Virus record (IMG/VR): IMGVR_UViG_3300003886_000002
Reading direction: 5' to 3' (one strand)
Source of the DNA: a virus
DNA length: 64,000 bases
The notes beneath the pieces are model-generated. The model did not search any database. It was not told where the DNA came from and saw nothing but the letters and a program-made list of their open reading frames with translations. The translations under genes were made by a program, and so were the position numbers. Shown here piece by piece: positions 1-8,381 of the stretch (position 1 is the stretch's first letter; each line of letters begins with the position of its first letter).

Positions 1-177
1 CCCCATCCGTCGGGCGAGTGCCGCTGCGTGTTCCCTGGCTCGATAATGGCGTGCCGTCTAGACACACTGCACGACGATGACCACGACGCTGGGCCGGTCA
101 CGCTCACGGACGGTGAGCAGTCGATCCCGTTGCGGTGGCCGCAGAGCCGACCTGGTGGAGGTGGCGGCGATGAGTAG
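1..177 (+). CDS. hypothetical protein, 5'-truncated by window edge
   Basis: Frame open from base 1 to TAG at 175-177; ends GGGGDE* and overlaps the next ATG (ATGAGTAG), as at the other junctions of this array. Confidence 0.5.
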   Translation, partial: PHPSGECRCVFPGSIMACRLDTLHDDDHDAGPVTLTDGEQSIPLRWPQSRPGGGGGDE

Positions 178-544
178 CACGATGTTCGTCACAGAACAGC
201 CAATGGTAGAGGTGTGGACCGGGCAGCAGATCGTACGAGTCAACACGGTCGCCCGCAACATGAGGCTGGCATGGCTAGGCGAGGCTGGCCCACCCGCACC
301 TGTCCCAGCCCCCGGTCCCGAAGAAATCCGCCCTGCCCACGAGGGTGACGTGATCGACGTGCCATGCGACGAGTGTGACGGTGGCGAGCGCCCACTACCG
401 GGGCCTTGCGAGCCATGCAGCGACACCGGCACCATCCGGGTGCGGCTCGTAGATGACCTGGAGCAGCTGTGGCGCATCGTCATCGGCGAACCGAGGGACG
501 GCCACGACGTGTGGAAACTCACCTACCAGGAGATGCAGACATGA
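170..544 (+). CDS. small hypothetical protein with CxxC Zn-ribbon-like motifs
   Basis: ATG 170 follows GGAGGTGG; contains PCDECDGG...PCEPCSDTG; the track ORF starts at 77. Confidence 0.6.
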   Translation: MSSTMFVTEQPMVEVWTGQQIVRVNTVARNMRLAWLGEAGPPAPVPAPGPEEIRPAHEGDVIDVPCDECDGGERPLPGPCEPCSDTGTIRVRLVDDLEQLWRIVIGEPRDGHDVWKLTYQEMQT

Positions 545-774
545 ATGACACCAGCAATGACACCGAACTGCTGGACCTTGTCGGGCCGCATCGCGGGCCA
601 TGCGGCATCTGCGGTGGCCCTGACGCCCGGCACCGGTTCGCTGACGCGATCGCGTCACGGGTGCGTGGCGGCGACGGCGCAGATGACGTGGCTGAGGACT
701 ACGGGATGCCTGTGGCGGCTGTGCAGATGTTGGCTGACTGCTACTTCGAGGAAGAGGACGACGACGATGAGTGA
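541..774 (+). CDS. small hypothetical protein (CxxC, possible C-terminal HTH-like helix pair)
   Basis: ATGA overlap with upstream stop; MNDTSND...CGICGG...EEEDDDDE*. Confidence 0.6.
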   Translation: MNDTSNDTELLDLVGPHRGPCGICGGPDARHRFADAIASRVRGGDGADDVAEDYGMPVAAVQMLADCYFEEEDDDDE

Positions 775-1036
775 CGTGATGGAAACGGGTGACCTGCCGG
801 AGAAGATGCACCAAGTGGCGCTAGACCTCCGGCACCACCCCGACGTCGCACACCCCATCGGCCGTCTGCTCGATGCGGGCGCAGACCTGATCGACGACCA
901 GGTCGCCCAGATCGAGCAGTTGCGTGCGGCACTCACAGCGTTGGTGGATGAGATCGGAACAGATATGTATTACCACTCTGTGGAAGTGACAGAGAAGGTT
1001 GAGGCAGCGTTGGACCGAGGTGGCGACGATGAGTGA
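767..1036 (+). CDS. small coiled-coil phage protein
   Basis: ATGAGTGA overlap at 767-774; QIEQLRAAL motif; ends GGDDE*. Confidence 0.65.
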   Translation: MSDVMETGDLPEKMHQVALDLRHHPDVAHPIGRLLDAGADLIDDQVAQIEQLRAALTALVDEIGTDMYYHSVEVTEKVEAALDRGGDDE

Positions 1037-1196
1037 ACGGATCTGGACATGGCTGCGGAATCGGATCGCTCCCGACCTGAGGGTCTGCCCTGAGTGCCGA
1101 GCAGCGATCAGGCACGGCGATCAAGTCAGACACGCGAAGTATCACGACCGTCTACTCAACGTAGAGCGGTCGCTGGGAGGCAACGACGATGAGTGA
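1029..1196 (+). CDS. small hypothetical protein (CPEC Zn-binding motif)
   Basis: ATGAGTGA overlap at 1029-1036; ends GGNDDE*. Confidence 0.6.
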   Translation: MSERIWTWLRNRIAPDLRVCPECRAAIRHGDQVRHAKYHDRLLNVERSLGGNDDE

Positions 1197-1488
1197 CGAA
1201 TGGCTGTTGGCTGCACACCTCCGACACGAACACGGATGGTCGTGGAAGCGTCTCTTGGCAGCGTTTGGAAGCAACCGGGCTACCACTCAACGAGACATCA
1301 GGCACAGAATCGAATACGCCGCAGAACGAATGAGGTACACCGAGTGGACCAAGACCAATGAGTACTGGTGCGGGCTGGTGGTCGACGGCACGGTGATCTG
1401 CAATCACGGTTCGTGGGATGACTGCGCACGACAGCACGACACGATGACACCGCTCTACAAGCGCTCAGGAGGCAACGACGATGAGTGA
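1189..1488 (+). CDS. hypothetical protein
   Basis: ORF track; coupled at both ends; ends GGNDDE*. Confidence 0.65.
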   Translation: MSDEWLLAAHLRHEHGWSWKRLLAAFGSNRATTQRDIRHRIEYAAERMRYTEWTKTNEYWCGLVVDGTVICNHGSWDDCARQHDTMTPLYKRSGGNDDE

Positions 1489-1732
1489 CCTAATCGACTC
1501 TCTGCGTGTTGATGAGACGTGTGGCGACGATGACTGCATCGACCCCGGCCACGGGGTCTGCATGAGGTGGTGGGCCGCCGACGAGATCGAGCGGCTCCGG
1601 GCACTCGTGCGATCAGTGCCGTCCTGCATGTCAGGCGGTGAGCGGGATCTGTGGTCACGGCGGGCCGACCCACAATACGACGCTGCGCTGGCCGAAGCGC
1701 GGGACATCGCCGGGGGTGGTGACGATGAGTGA
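1481..1732 (+). CDS. small coiled-coil phage protein (ADEIERLR motif)
   Basis: ORF track; coupled; ends GGGDDE*. Confidence 0.65.
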   Translation: MSDLIDSLRVDETCGDDDCIDPGHGVCMRWWAADEIERLRALVRSVPSCMSGGERDLWSRRADPQYDAALAEARDIAGGGDDE

Positions 1733-2099
1733 CGGCATGATTCGCTACGACCACAGTCGGTGGATCGCAGAGGACGCGACGTTGCCCCATGTTTTGATGC
1801 GCCCGCGTTTGTTCATCGACGGGAACCAATGGTGTGCCCTGTATGGCAGCGGCGTGCAGGGCGGGGTGGCCGGGTTCGGTAGTTCGCCGCGAGATGCGAT
1901 GTGCGATTTCGACAGCAAGTGGTCGAAGCGACTGAGCGGAGGTGGCGACTCTCCAGAAACGAGACACAGTGCAACCGCGGCCCTGTTGCAGCAGGCTGCC
2001 ATGGATATCAGGCGGCTTGGCCTTGCGATGGAAGCGACAATGCTCGGCTACGCAAGTCTCACCGGTTGTGGGGATGATGGGAAGGATGCTGCGACGTGA
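1725..2099 (+). CDS. conserved phage hypothetical protein
   Basis: ATGAGTGA overlap at 1725; LFIDGNQWCALYG...GVAGFGSSP motif that I recognise from uncharacterised phage proteins. Confidence 0.6.
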   Translation: MSDGMIRYDHSRWIAEDATLPHVLMRPRLFIDGNQWCALYGSGVQGGVAGFGSSPRDAMCDFDSKWSKRLSGGGDSPETRHSATAALLQQAAMDIRRLGLAMEATMLGYASLTGCGDDGKDAAT

Positions 2100-2413
2100 A
2101 CCGGTACGTCACCCTCCATCCAGACGAGGCGAGAGCAATCGCGGACGCTCTGCCAGACAATGACGACGTGTGGTCCGTGTATCTTCGTCGCCTTGCTGAC
2201 TCCGCCGGATACTGGCGGCTCTGCGACGCCTGCGGGATCTCTACGACGCCTGAGGGAACGGTGATACCGGGGCCGCTGTTCGTCGTGGCCGCGATCCGGC
2301 TGTTCTGGGGCTACGGGGTGCTGCCAGTTGTAGACCATATTGACTTTGACCAAGACGAGTATCCGCTTGTTATCGTCGCAACAGGACCCGACCAGGATGA
2401 GACGACGACATGA
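2096..2413 (+). CDS. hypothetical protein
   Basis: GTGA overlap; CDAC motif. Confidence 0.55.
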   Translation: MNRYVTLHPDEARAIADALPDNDDVWSVYLRRLADSAGYWRLCDACGISTTPEGTVIPGPLFVVAAIRLFWGYGVLPVVDHIDFDQDEYPLVIVATGPDQDETTT

Positions 2414-2706
2414 GTGACTTTAGTCATGATCATCCGTGGCGTCCACACGCGATACACACTGATTGTGTCTGTAAAGACGACCGCTGGCCCTGTGAATTCC
2501 ATTCCGGTTTCGCTGAGGCATCTGGGTATGGGGAGAATGTTGCGAAGTGGTTGCAAACTCAACGCGATGAGGCGCGACGCGACGCAGTGTGGTGTTGGGG
2601 TCGCCTTGACCCTGATGTGCGGGCAGAAGCGTTATCTGCGGAGGCGCGGATACGGGTAATCCGTATCCGCAGTTGGGTTACAGCAGACAAGGACCCCACT
2701 CCATGA
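2410..2706 (+). CDS. hypothetical protein
   Basis: ATGA overlap; CVC...WPC motif. Confidence 0.55.
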   Translation: MSDFSHDHPWRPHAIHTDCVCKDDRWPCEFHSGFAEASGYGENVAKWLQTQRDEARRDAVWCWGRLDPDVRAEALSAEARIRVIRIRSWVTADKDPTP

Positions 2707-4691
2707 GCACCACAACAGAAATAGGTGATTGCTTGAAAGCGCTGGCTGAAGTGGCCGACGACACCTACGACTCGATCGTCACCGATCCGCCATACGGAAT
2801 CTCGTTCATGGGGAAGGGATGGGACCACGGGGTGCCCGGTGAGGAGTTCTGGACCGAGATCCTGCGGGTCGCCAAGCCCGGTGCTCACCTGCTCGCCTTC
2901 GGCGGCACCCGGACCCACCATAGGCTCATGGTGGCGATCGAAGACTCTGGATGGGAGATCCGTGACTGCATGATGTGGCTGTACGGTCAGGGATTCCCGA
3001 AGTCGCACAACGTGAGCAAGGCGATCGATAAGGCTACTGGGGCTGAGCGTGAAGTCGTTGGGGTCGATGAATCTAGGGCCGCTCGGCTAGTGAATCAGAC
3101 GGGCGAGTATGCGACGGCGGCTGGATGGGCAGCAGGGAACCGGAGTGCTGAGATAACTGCACCGGCCACCCCTGAGGCACATCAGTGGGACGGCTGGGGG
3201 ACTGCGCTGAAGCCCGCCTGGGAAATCGTGATTGCAGCGCAGAAGCCAGGGGACTGGTCTAAGGTAGATGGGAGCCTAACTGCTTTGGAGGCTGAGTTGT
3301 GGTCGATGTTGTCTGCGAGCGGTGTGGAACTTCCTTCGCCGTCAAGCCCTCCCGTCTCAGGCGAGGGAATGTTCGATGGTGCTCGATGGAGTGCAGAGCA
3401 GCCGACCAATACACAGGTCGGTTCGTTCGATCAGATGGGTACGTTTTCGTACGACGATGTGACGGCTATATGCTGGAACACCGTGCGGTCATGGAGGATC
3501 ACGTTGGCCGCTCTCTCCGAACTGATGAGCACGTCCACCATCGCAACGGAGACAAGTCAGACAATCGACTGGGCAACCTTGTGGTCCTTGATCGAGGAGA
3601 TCACACCCGAGAGCATCATCCAGGCCGTAACGAGTCGCGGTGGGTCGAGGTCTTCTGTCTCAACTGTGGCTCTCGCTTTCAGCGACGTGGCTATGAGGCT
3701 GAGCGCCATCCTCACGCTTTCTGTTCGCGGTCCTGCTACATCGCCGGAGCGCACGCCACTCCCGGCAGAGGGCGTTGACAGTCCCGCTTGGGAGCCGATC
3801 ATCGTGGCTCGCAAGCCATTCTCGGGCACCGTGGCGGCGAATGTGTTGGAGCACGGCACAGGTGCTATCAACATCGACGCCAGCCGGATCGGGTATGTGT
3901 CAGAGTCGGAGATGGATGCGGTGAAGCGTCGGTCCGGCGGGGGATCTTCGAGTGCTGGATACGCTGCGGGTAGCGGAGACACGTTCCATCAAAGCTGGAA
4001 AGATCGTGACGCTGGCCCATCGCAAACGGGTCGTTTCCCTGCGAACCTTGTGCTGAGTCATACGCCTGAGTGTCGAGATGTCGGCACATCATCGGAGGTC
4101 GTCGGTGGCGGGGCTGGGATGAGTGACACGGGTGAAGCATCGGCGTTGCTTGGCGGGGGTGGCTATGAGAAGGGTGATGGCTTCGAGGGCCGATCGGTCG
4201 AGACCGTGGTGTGGGAATGCTCGCCTGAGTGCCCGGTACGCCAGTTGGACGAACAGACAGGTACTCTCACGAGCGGCAAGCCAGGCAAACGTGGAAAGAA
4301 AGGGGAGATCAACTCGTCAGCAGCGTATGGAGCAGAGTCCCGTAAGGCAGGTGGCCCGATGACAGGGTTTGGGGATTCGGGTGGGGCTTCCCGCTTTTTT
4401 TACACAGCCAAGGCGTCGAAGAAGGAACGCAACGAAGGTTTGCCAGAAGGCATGGTCAACAAGCATCCGACTGTGAAGCCGATTGCCCTCATGCGCTACC
4501 TCGTTCGTATGGTGACTCCACCGGGCGGCACGGTGCTCGATCCGTTCATGGGGTCAGGCACGACAGGAGTCGCGGCTATCCGTGAGGGGTTTGATTTCGT
4601 TGGCATCGACAATGATGCTGAGTCAGTTGAGACGGCCAACGCAAGACTCAAACATGAACAAAAGGGGACTTCGGGGCCAACCTTGTTTTGA
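2703..4691 (+). CDS. DNA amino-methyltransferase (N6-A/N4-C, beta-class motif order) with 190-codon in-frame insertion
   Basis: IGDCL, VTDPPYG (motif IV), GFPKS, HPTVKPIALM, VLDPFMGSGTTG (motif I); ATGA overlap at 2703. Confidence 0.93.
   Translation: MSTTTEIGDCLKALAEVADDTYDSIVTDPPYGISFMGKGWDHGVPGEEFWTEILRVAKPGAHLLAFGGTRTHHRLMVAIEDSGWEIRDCMMWLYGQGFPKSHNVSKAIDKATGAEREVVGVDESRAARLVNQTGEYATAAGWAAGNRSAEITAPATPEAHQWDGWGTALKPAWEIVIAAQKPGDWSKVDGSLTALEAELWSMLSASGVELPSPSSPPVSGEGMFDGARWSAEQPTNTQVGSFDQMGTFSYDDVTAICWNTVRSWRITLAALSELMSTSTIATETSQTIDWATLWSLIEEITPESIIQAVTSRGGSRSSVSTVALAFSDVAMRLSAILTLSVRGPATSPERTPLPAEGVDSPAWEPIIVARKPFSGTVAANVLEHGTGAINIDASRIGYVSESEMDAVKRRSGGGSSSAGYAAGSGDTFHQSWKDRDAGPSQTGRFPANLVLSHTPECRDVGTSSEVVGGGAGMSDTGEASALLGGGGYEKGDGFEGRSVETVVWECSPECPVRQLDEQTGTLTSGKPGKRGKKGEINSSAAYGAESRKAGGPMTGFGDSGGASRFFYTAKASKKERNEGLPEGMVNKHPTVKPIALMRYLVRMVTPPGGTVLDPFMGSGTTGVAAIREGFDFVGIDNDAESVETANARLKHEQKGTSGPTLF
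3213..3782 (+). mobile_element. 570-bp in-frame insertion in the methyltransferase carrying an out-of-frame HNH gene
   Basis: Target peptide duplicated: KPAWEIVIAAQKP at 3210-3248 and SPAWEPIIVARKP at 3780-3818; no stop codon in the MTase frame; no intein termini. Confidence 0.75.
3299..3778 (+). CDS. HNH homing endonuclease, overprinted in a different frame
   Basis: GGAGG 3287-3291 then GTG 3299; EHRAVME...EHVHHRNGDKSDNRLGNL...H; N- and C-terminal CxxC...CSxxC zinc fingers. Confidence 0.9.
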   Translation: MVDVVCERCGTSFAVKPSRLRRGNVRWCSMECRAADQYTGRFVRSDGYVFVRRCDGYMLEHRAVMEDHVGRSLRTDEHVHHRNGDKSDNRLGNLVVLDRGDHTREHHPGRNESRWVEVFCLNCGSRFQRRGYEAERHPHAFCSRSCYIAGAHATPGRGR

Positions 4692-4751
4692 TCTACCCAT
4701 CTGGGGCTGCGACACGTCCACTACTACAAAAACACCTATAAGGGGTGATCT

Positions 4752-5171
4752 ATGAATAGACAAAGAGTATGGAAATGGGCCGTAGCCATAACCCTGGTTG
4801 CGGCAGCGTGTGTCCCGAACACGGACGACAACAATCCTCCGCCTATAGAGAGAAGTACAGACACCAGACCCATACAGAAGCCTGTAACATCTCAACCACA
4901 GTTACCTGTAGTAACACGTACAGATTTATACATTAAGGTGATACGCGAAGAGTACCCTTTGCAAACCTTTGGAGTAGATGACGATTCGCTTGTAGCCATT
5001 GGTAAAGGTTGGTGTGACATCGCATCCGTGTCTGTAACGGGAGAAGTATTCTGGGAGACAACCGTTTCGATTGTATTCGATGTGGACCCAAACCAAGCAG
5101 AGTTTTACGGTTTCACAGTTGGCGCAGCCTTGTCCGCTTTCTGCCCAGAATACACTGAGTTTGTTCCATAA
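4752..5171 (+). CDS. putative lipoprotein, DUF732-like
   Basis: Signal peptide with lipobox VAAAC; DDDSLVAIGKGWCD...GAALSAFCPEY pattern. Confidence 0.7.
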   Translation: MNRQRVWKWAVAITLVAAACVPNTDDNNPPPIERSTDTRPIQKPVTSQPQLPVVTRTDLYIKVIREEYPLQTFGVDDDSLVAIGKGWCDIASVSVTGEVFWETTVSIVFDVDPNQAEFYGFTVGAALSAFCPEYTEFVP

Positions 5172-5238
5172 AACCAGGTTTGATGCATGCCCATAGAGAC
5201 GTCCTCAGATATTTCTGGCATACATTTGCAGATAACGC

Positions 5239-5814
5239 ATGCACGTTGCACAGCACTGTGGAATCGCCCAACAGTGTTTGATAGCCTCAGGGCTATCAGG
5301 CGGGATGAGCAGAAGGATATGTGAAATGGGTGAATGCGAAAAACGGGTTTGGACTATAGAAATTGAGTTTGTAGGGACTGAAGACGAAATGGCCACTTTC
5401 TCGAAGTGGATACTAGACGATTCCCCAGGGGTAACAAACGGACTGCGCACGTGGGGGATTGAAGAAATATCGGGACACGTCTATTTAGGTAAAGATACAC
5501 AGGTACTAGGATCACCCGTAATCCCCCCGCGGTCTTTCAACCGGATATGTGACACCGCAGGAGATACAAGCTCCGACTACACCATTTCTGTCTATGGAGT
5601 AACCGGTCATAGGGGGAGGAACGAAACGAATGTGTATGTACGTGTTACCACCAGTAAAGTCATGAGAGCCGTTAAATTCATTTACGTAAACGGCAGATTC
5701 CACCATGCAATGCATACATCAAGTGAGATAGGGAAACTAGAAGCCCCTGACCCTTTGCAACGCATAAGAACCCTTCAGGGTGGGCTTCGTGTCATAGCGG
5801 GCCAGGTGGAGTAG
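5239..5814 (+). CDS. hypothetical protein (start uncertain)
   Basis: ORF track; fills the gap between neighbours. Confidence 0.5.
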   Translation: MHVAQHCGIAQQCLIASGLSGGMSRRICEMGECEKRVWTIEIEFVGTEDEMATFSKWILDDSPGVTNGLRTWGIEEISGHVYLGKDTQVLGSPVIPPRSFNRICDTAGDTSSDYTISVYGVTGHRGRNETNVYVRVTTSKVMRAVKFIYVNGRFHHAMHTSSEIGKLEAPDPLQRIRTLQGGLRVIAGQVE

Positions 5815-5823
5815 GGTGTGGGC

Positions 5824-5988
5824 ATGTCACGTCTACGAACCATCAGGATCGATTTAGCCCCTGTCGTCTATGAACGTGCAGAAGTGATCGCGGCGGAACG
5901 GGATATAGGGGCAGCAGATCTGATTCGCCACGTATTCCTGAAATGGTTGGACAGCCAAAGTGTCGATCATCCTGAAGGGGCACAGTGA
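5824..5988 (+). CDS. putative ribbon-helix-helix DNA-binding protein (54 aa, not in track)
   Basis: Translated by hand: MSRLRTIRIDLAPVVYERAEVIAAERDIGAADLIRHVFLKWLDSQ...; alternating beta-strand followed by two helices. Confidence 0.55.
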   Translation: MSRLRTIRIDLAPVVYERAEVIAAERDIGAADLIRHVFLKWLDSQSVDHPEGAQ

Positions 5989-6034
5989 AGGTGTGCAGGT
6001 GATGGTGTCATCCCCATCGTGTAACCTGTGACAC

Positions 6035-6283
6035 ATGGATCTACAACCCCCGCAACACGCTATGGACACAGCACGATGTGTCGTTACTGCCTCGTTCTTA
6101 GGGGATTTGGAAGCAATCGAACATCTGGTCAACGGGGAAGAGAACCATTTGCCGCTGATAATGTCTCTTGCACACTTGAACTGCCATGCGATGTCACACT
6201 TGGCGCATCAACAGGGGGTAGAGCCATTTGTGTTCTGGCAAAATGGGTTGCATAAACTGGCAGAGCACCGCTCAAATAACTAG
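6035..6283 (+). CDS. hypothetical protein
   Basis: ORF track. Confidence 0.5.
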   Translation: MDLQPPQHAMDTARCVVTASFLGDLEAIEHLVNGEENHLPLIMSLAHLNCHAMSHLAHQQGVEPFVFWQNGLHKLAEHRSNN

Positions 6284-6315
6284 AATATTTCTGCATTCGT
6301 TAGGTAAGGGAAACC

Positions 6316-6921
6316 ATGGCACGTGCTAAGTTCTTAGCTTGGATTGATCTTGAAACGACAGGGGTTGATCCTATACAAGATCCTATTCTTGAGATAGGGA
6401 TGGTCGTAACAGAATCGAAGCGCCCCTTTGAAGAATTAACCTACGGAAGTTGGGTAATTGACCCGTCCGTGGCAGGACATCACTTGTGGAAAGATCGCCT
6501 CGGGGACTACGTGGGGAAGATGCATACGGACAATGGACTGCTGGCCGATATCAGCGACCCTGATATTGCTACCTCGATGGTGGCGGCACAGGAACAAACG
6601 GTTCTGCTACTTGAAGGAATCGGACGACCCCACAACTTTATGCTTGCAGGTTCCGGCGTCGGGCACTTCGACCGCGCCTTCATCAAGCAGCAAATGCCTG
6701 TCCTTGAGAAATGGTTGCAATACCCTAACCTTGACGTTGGGGTCATCAGGCGGGCCTTATCGTTTGCAGGGCGTTCTGACCTTGACGCGTTTGGAACAAC
6801 ATTTGATACAGACGACAAACCTCACCGCGGGTTAAATGACATCAGGGACCATCTCGCTGAATTCCGTATCTACAGCGAAATGTTTAACAGTATTGAGCCT
6901 ATGGGGGCACAGTCGACATGA
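6316..6921 (+). CDS. oligoribonuclease-like DEDDh 3'-5' exonuclease
   Basis: WIDLETTG, ILEIG, LAGSGVGHFDRAFI, NLDV, HRGLNDI motifs. Confidence 0.85.
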   Translation: MARAKFLAWIDLETTGVDPIQDPILEIGMVVTESKRPFEELTYGSWVIDPSVAGHHLWKDRLGDYVGKMHTDNGLLADISDPDIATSMVAAQEQTVLLLEGIGRPHNFMLAGSGVGHFDRAFIKQQMPVLEKWLQYPNLDVGVIRRALSFAGRSDLDAFGTTFDTDDKPHRGLNDIRDHLAEFRIYSEMFNSIEPMGAQST

Positions 6922-7163
6922 CTTCATCCTATGACATTATGAAAGTACGTCGCACACAAGACGGATGGGTTTCCTGTGTATCTGTAAACGTATCTGAACT
7001 TGAGGATGCTATCGCAGCCTACATTTCCGGTAGTAGATGCATGGTGTTCGGGAAAGCTTATGACCCGTTCGACAAAGAAAGTTTAGACGAAGCAGCACGC
7101 CATTATGCACACACGGTGCTGAGTTCCCTCGATAATCTGATGACGATAGACGAGGTCTCGTAA
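6918..7163 (+). CDS. hypothetical protein
   Basis: ATGA overlap. Confidence 0.5.
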   Translation: MTSSYDIMKVRRTQDGWVSCVSVNVSELEDAIAAYISGSRCMVFGKAYDPFDKESLDEAARHYAHTVLSSLDNLMTIDEVS

Positions 7164-7594
7164 TGATCATTTTGATCAGCGTTCTACTGGCTATAGCCGT
7201 CATCACAACCATAGCCATGGTGGCAACACGGAACAAAACACCACCTGACGATACGGTGTCCCCCCCGCAGAGCCACCTATCGGCAGAGCCTGTATCCCCA
7301 CCAGACGATGCGCACTGTCCACTGTTAGACGATGTTGCTGCTCATCCCCCAAACCCTGTTGACCCAATCCTTAGCGTGGACGTGCCCCACCGCAAGGAAA
7401 GTGCAGCATCCCCTACAGACGTAGTGGAGACCCCGCAGGACGCCCCTGTGGCGCTAAGGAAAACAGTGGACGCAGTGAGACGCAAACGTCCCGCATCCCA
7501 GCACCCTGCCCCACACCCTAGGGGAACACCTAGGTCTAAGAACCCATCGGGGGACACCCATAATCCTGAGTGGAAGAAATGGAACCACCCCTAA
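7163..7594 (+). CDS. membrane-anchored Pro-rich protein
   Basis: N-terminal hydrophobic segment; Pro-rich, low-complexity tail. Confidence 0.55.
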   Translation: MIILISVLLAIAVITTIAMVATRNKTPPDDTVSPPQSHLSAEPVSPPDDAHCPLLDDVAAHPPNPVDPILSVDVPHRKESAASPTDVVETPQDAPVALRKTVDAVRRKRPASQHPAPHPRGTPRSKNPSGDTHNPEWKKWNHP

Positions 7595-7622
7595 TGCCTT
7601 TACAACAATGTAGGGGGGGGCC

Positions 7623-8339
7623 ATGAAATCAAACGTTTTACCTGATCTTGAACCGTTTCTTGTCCCCATAGATAACCTCAAACTGCTCCCTGGGAATCCG
7701 CGTAGAGGAAGCGTAAAGGCGGTAAGGAAATCCCTTGTTGAGTTCGGTCAGCATAAACCGCTCGTAGCTAGACGCGTGGAGGCAGACGAGGGGACAGTTA
7801 TAGGGGAAGTGTTGATAGGCAATCATACCCTTATGGCTGCACGTGAACTCGGGTGGGATGATGTCGCAGTTATCTGGAGTGATGACCCTGACGCAAAAGC
7901 GCTTGCCAGGTCACTAGCAGATAACCGTGTTTCTGATCTGGGGGCATACGACAACGACGATCTCGCCGCAATGATGCAAAGCGTCCTGGATGCTGATGAG
8001 CAACTACTAAATGCTGCATCATATACACAAAGCGACCTTGATGCCCTACTGAACGAGTCAACTAGCGAAACGGGACAAGACGCTGACGAAGAAGTCCCTG
8101 ACCCCCATCTAAAGAGTAACCTAAATTTGTTCGACAGGTTCATGGTTCCCCCATTCTCCGTCCTTGACGCACGTGGAGGCTGGTGGCAGGACCGTAAACG
8201 TGCGTGGATTGCCCTTGGAATAGAGGGAGAACTCGGGCGTGACGACAAACCACACACGTGGTACATAGCGGAGCCTGGGTCTTACACGGGAGAGTTGATG
8301 GTCGATGAGCATGCGGCTGATGAGCGCCGCAGCGAGTGA
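7623..8339 (+). CDS. ParB/Srx-domain protein fused to the N-terminal segment of a phage methyltransferase family
   Basis: GNPRRGSV...FGQHKPLVA...GNHTLMAARELGW...LADNR; C-terminal FMVPPFSVLDARGGWWQDRKRAWIALGI. Confidence 0.85.
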   Translation: MKSNVLPDLEPFLVPIDNLKLLPGNPRRGSVKAVRKSLVEFGQHKPLVARRVEADEGTVIGEVLIGNHTLMAARELGWDDVAVIWSDDPDAKALARSLADNRVSDLGAYDNDDLAAMMQSVLDADEQLLNAASYTQSDLDALLNESTSETGQDADEEVPDPHLKSNLNLFDRFMVPPFSVLDARGGWWQDRKRAWIALGIEGELGRDDKPHTWYIAEPGSYTGELMVDEHAADERRSE

Positions 8340-8381
8340 CGAGTAGAGGCCACTAGATGATTAGGTGGAATAGGTTAAGCA

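Noticed and set aside
170-1732. CRISPR-like or integron-like repeat-spacer array
   Set aside because: Spacers are 160-375-bp protein-coding genes of variable length, repeats are degenerate SD/start motifs, and no cas, integrase or attC palindromes are present.
3213-3782. Group I intron or intein interpretation of the MTase insertion
   Set aside because: No stop codons in the host frame, no intron core that I could recognise, and no Cys/Ser start or HN/GN end; not formally excluded without RT-PCR.
8337-8381. Stop-codon readthrough or alternative genetic code joining ParB and MTase
   Set aside because: Three in-frame stops of two types (TGA, TGA, TAA) and a separate SD; all long genes read normally in the standard code.
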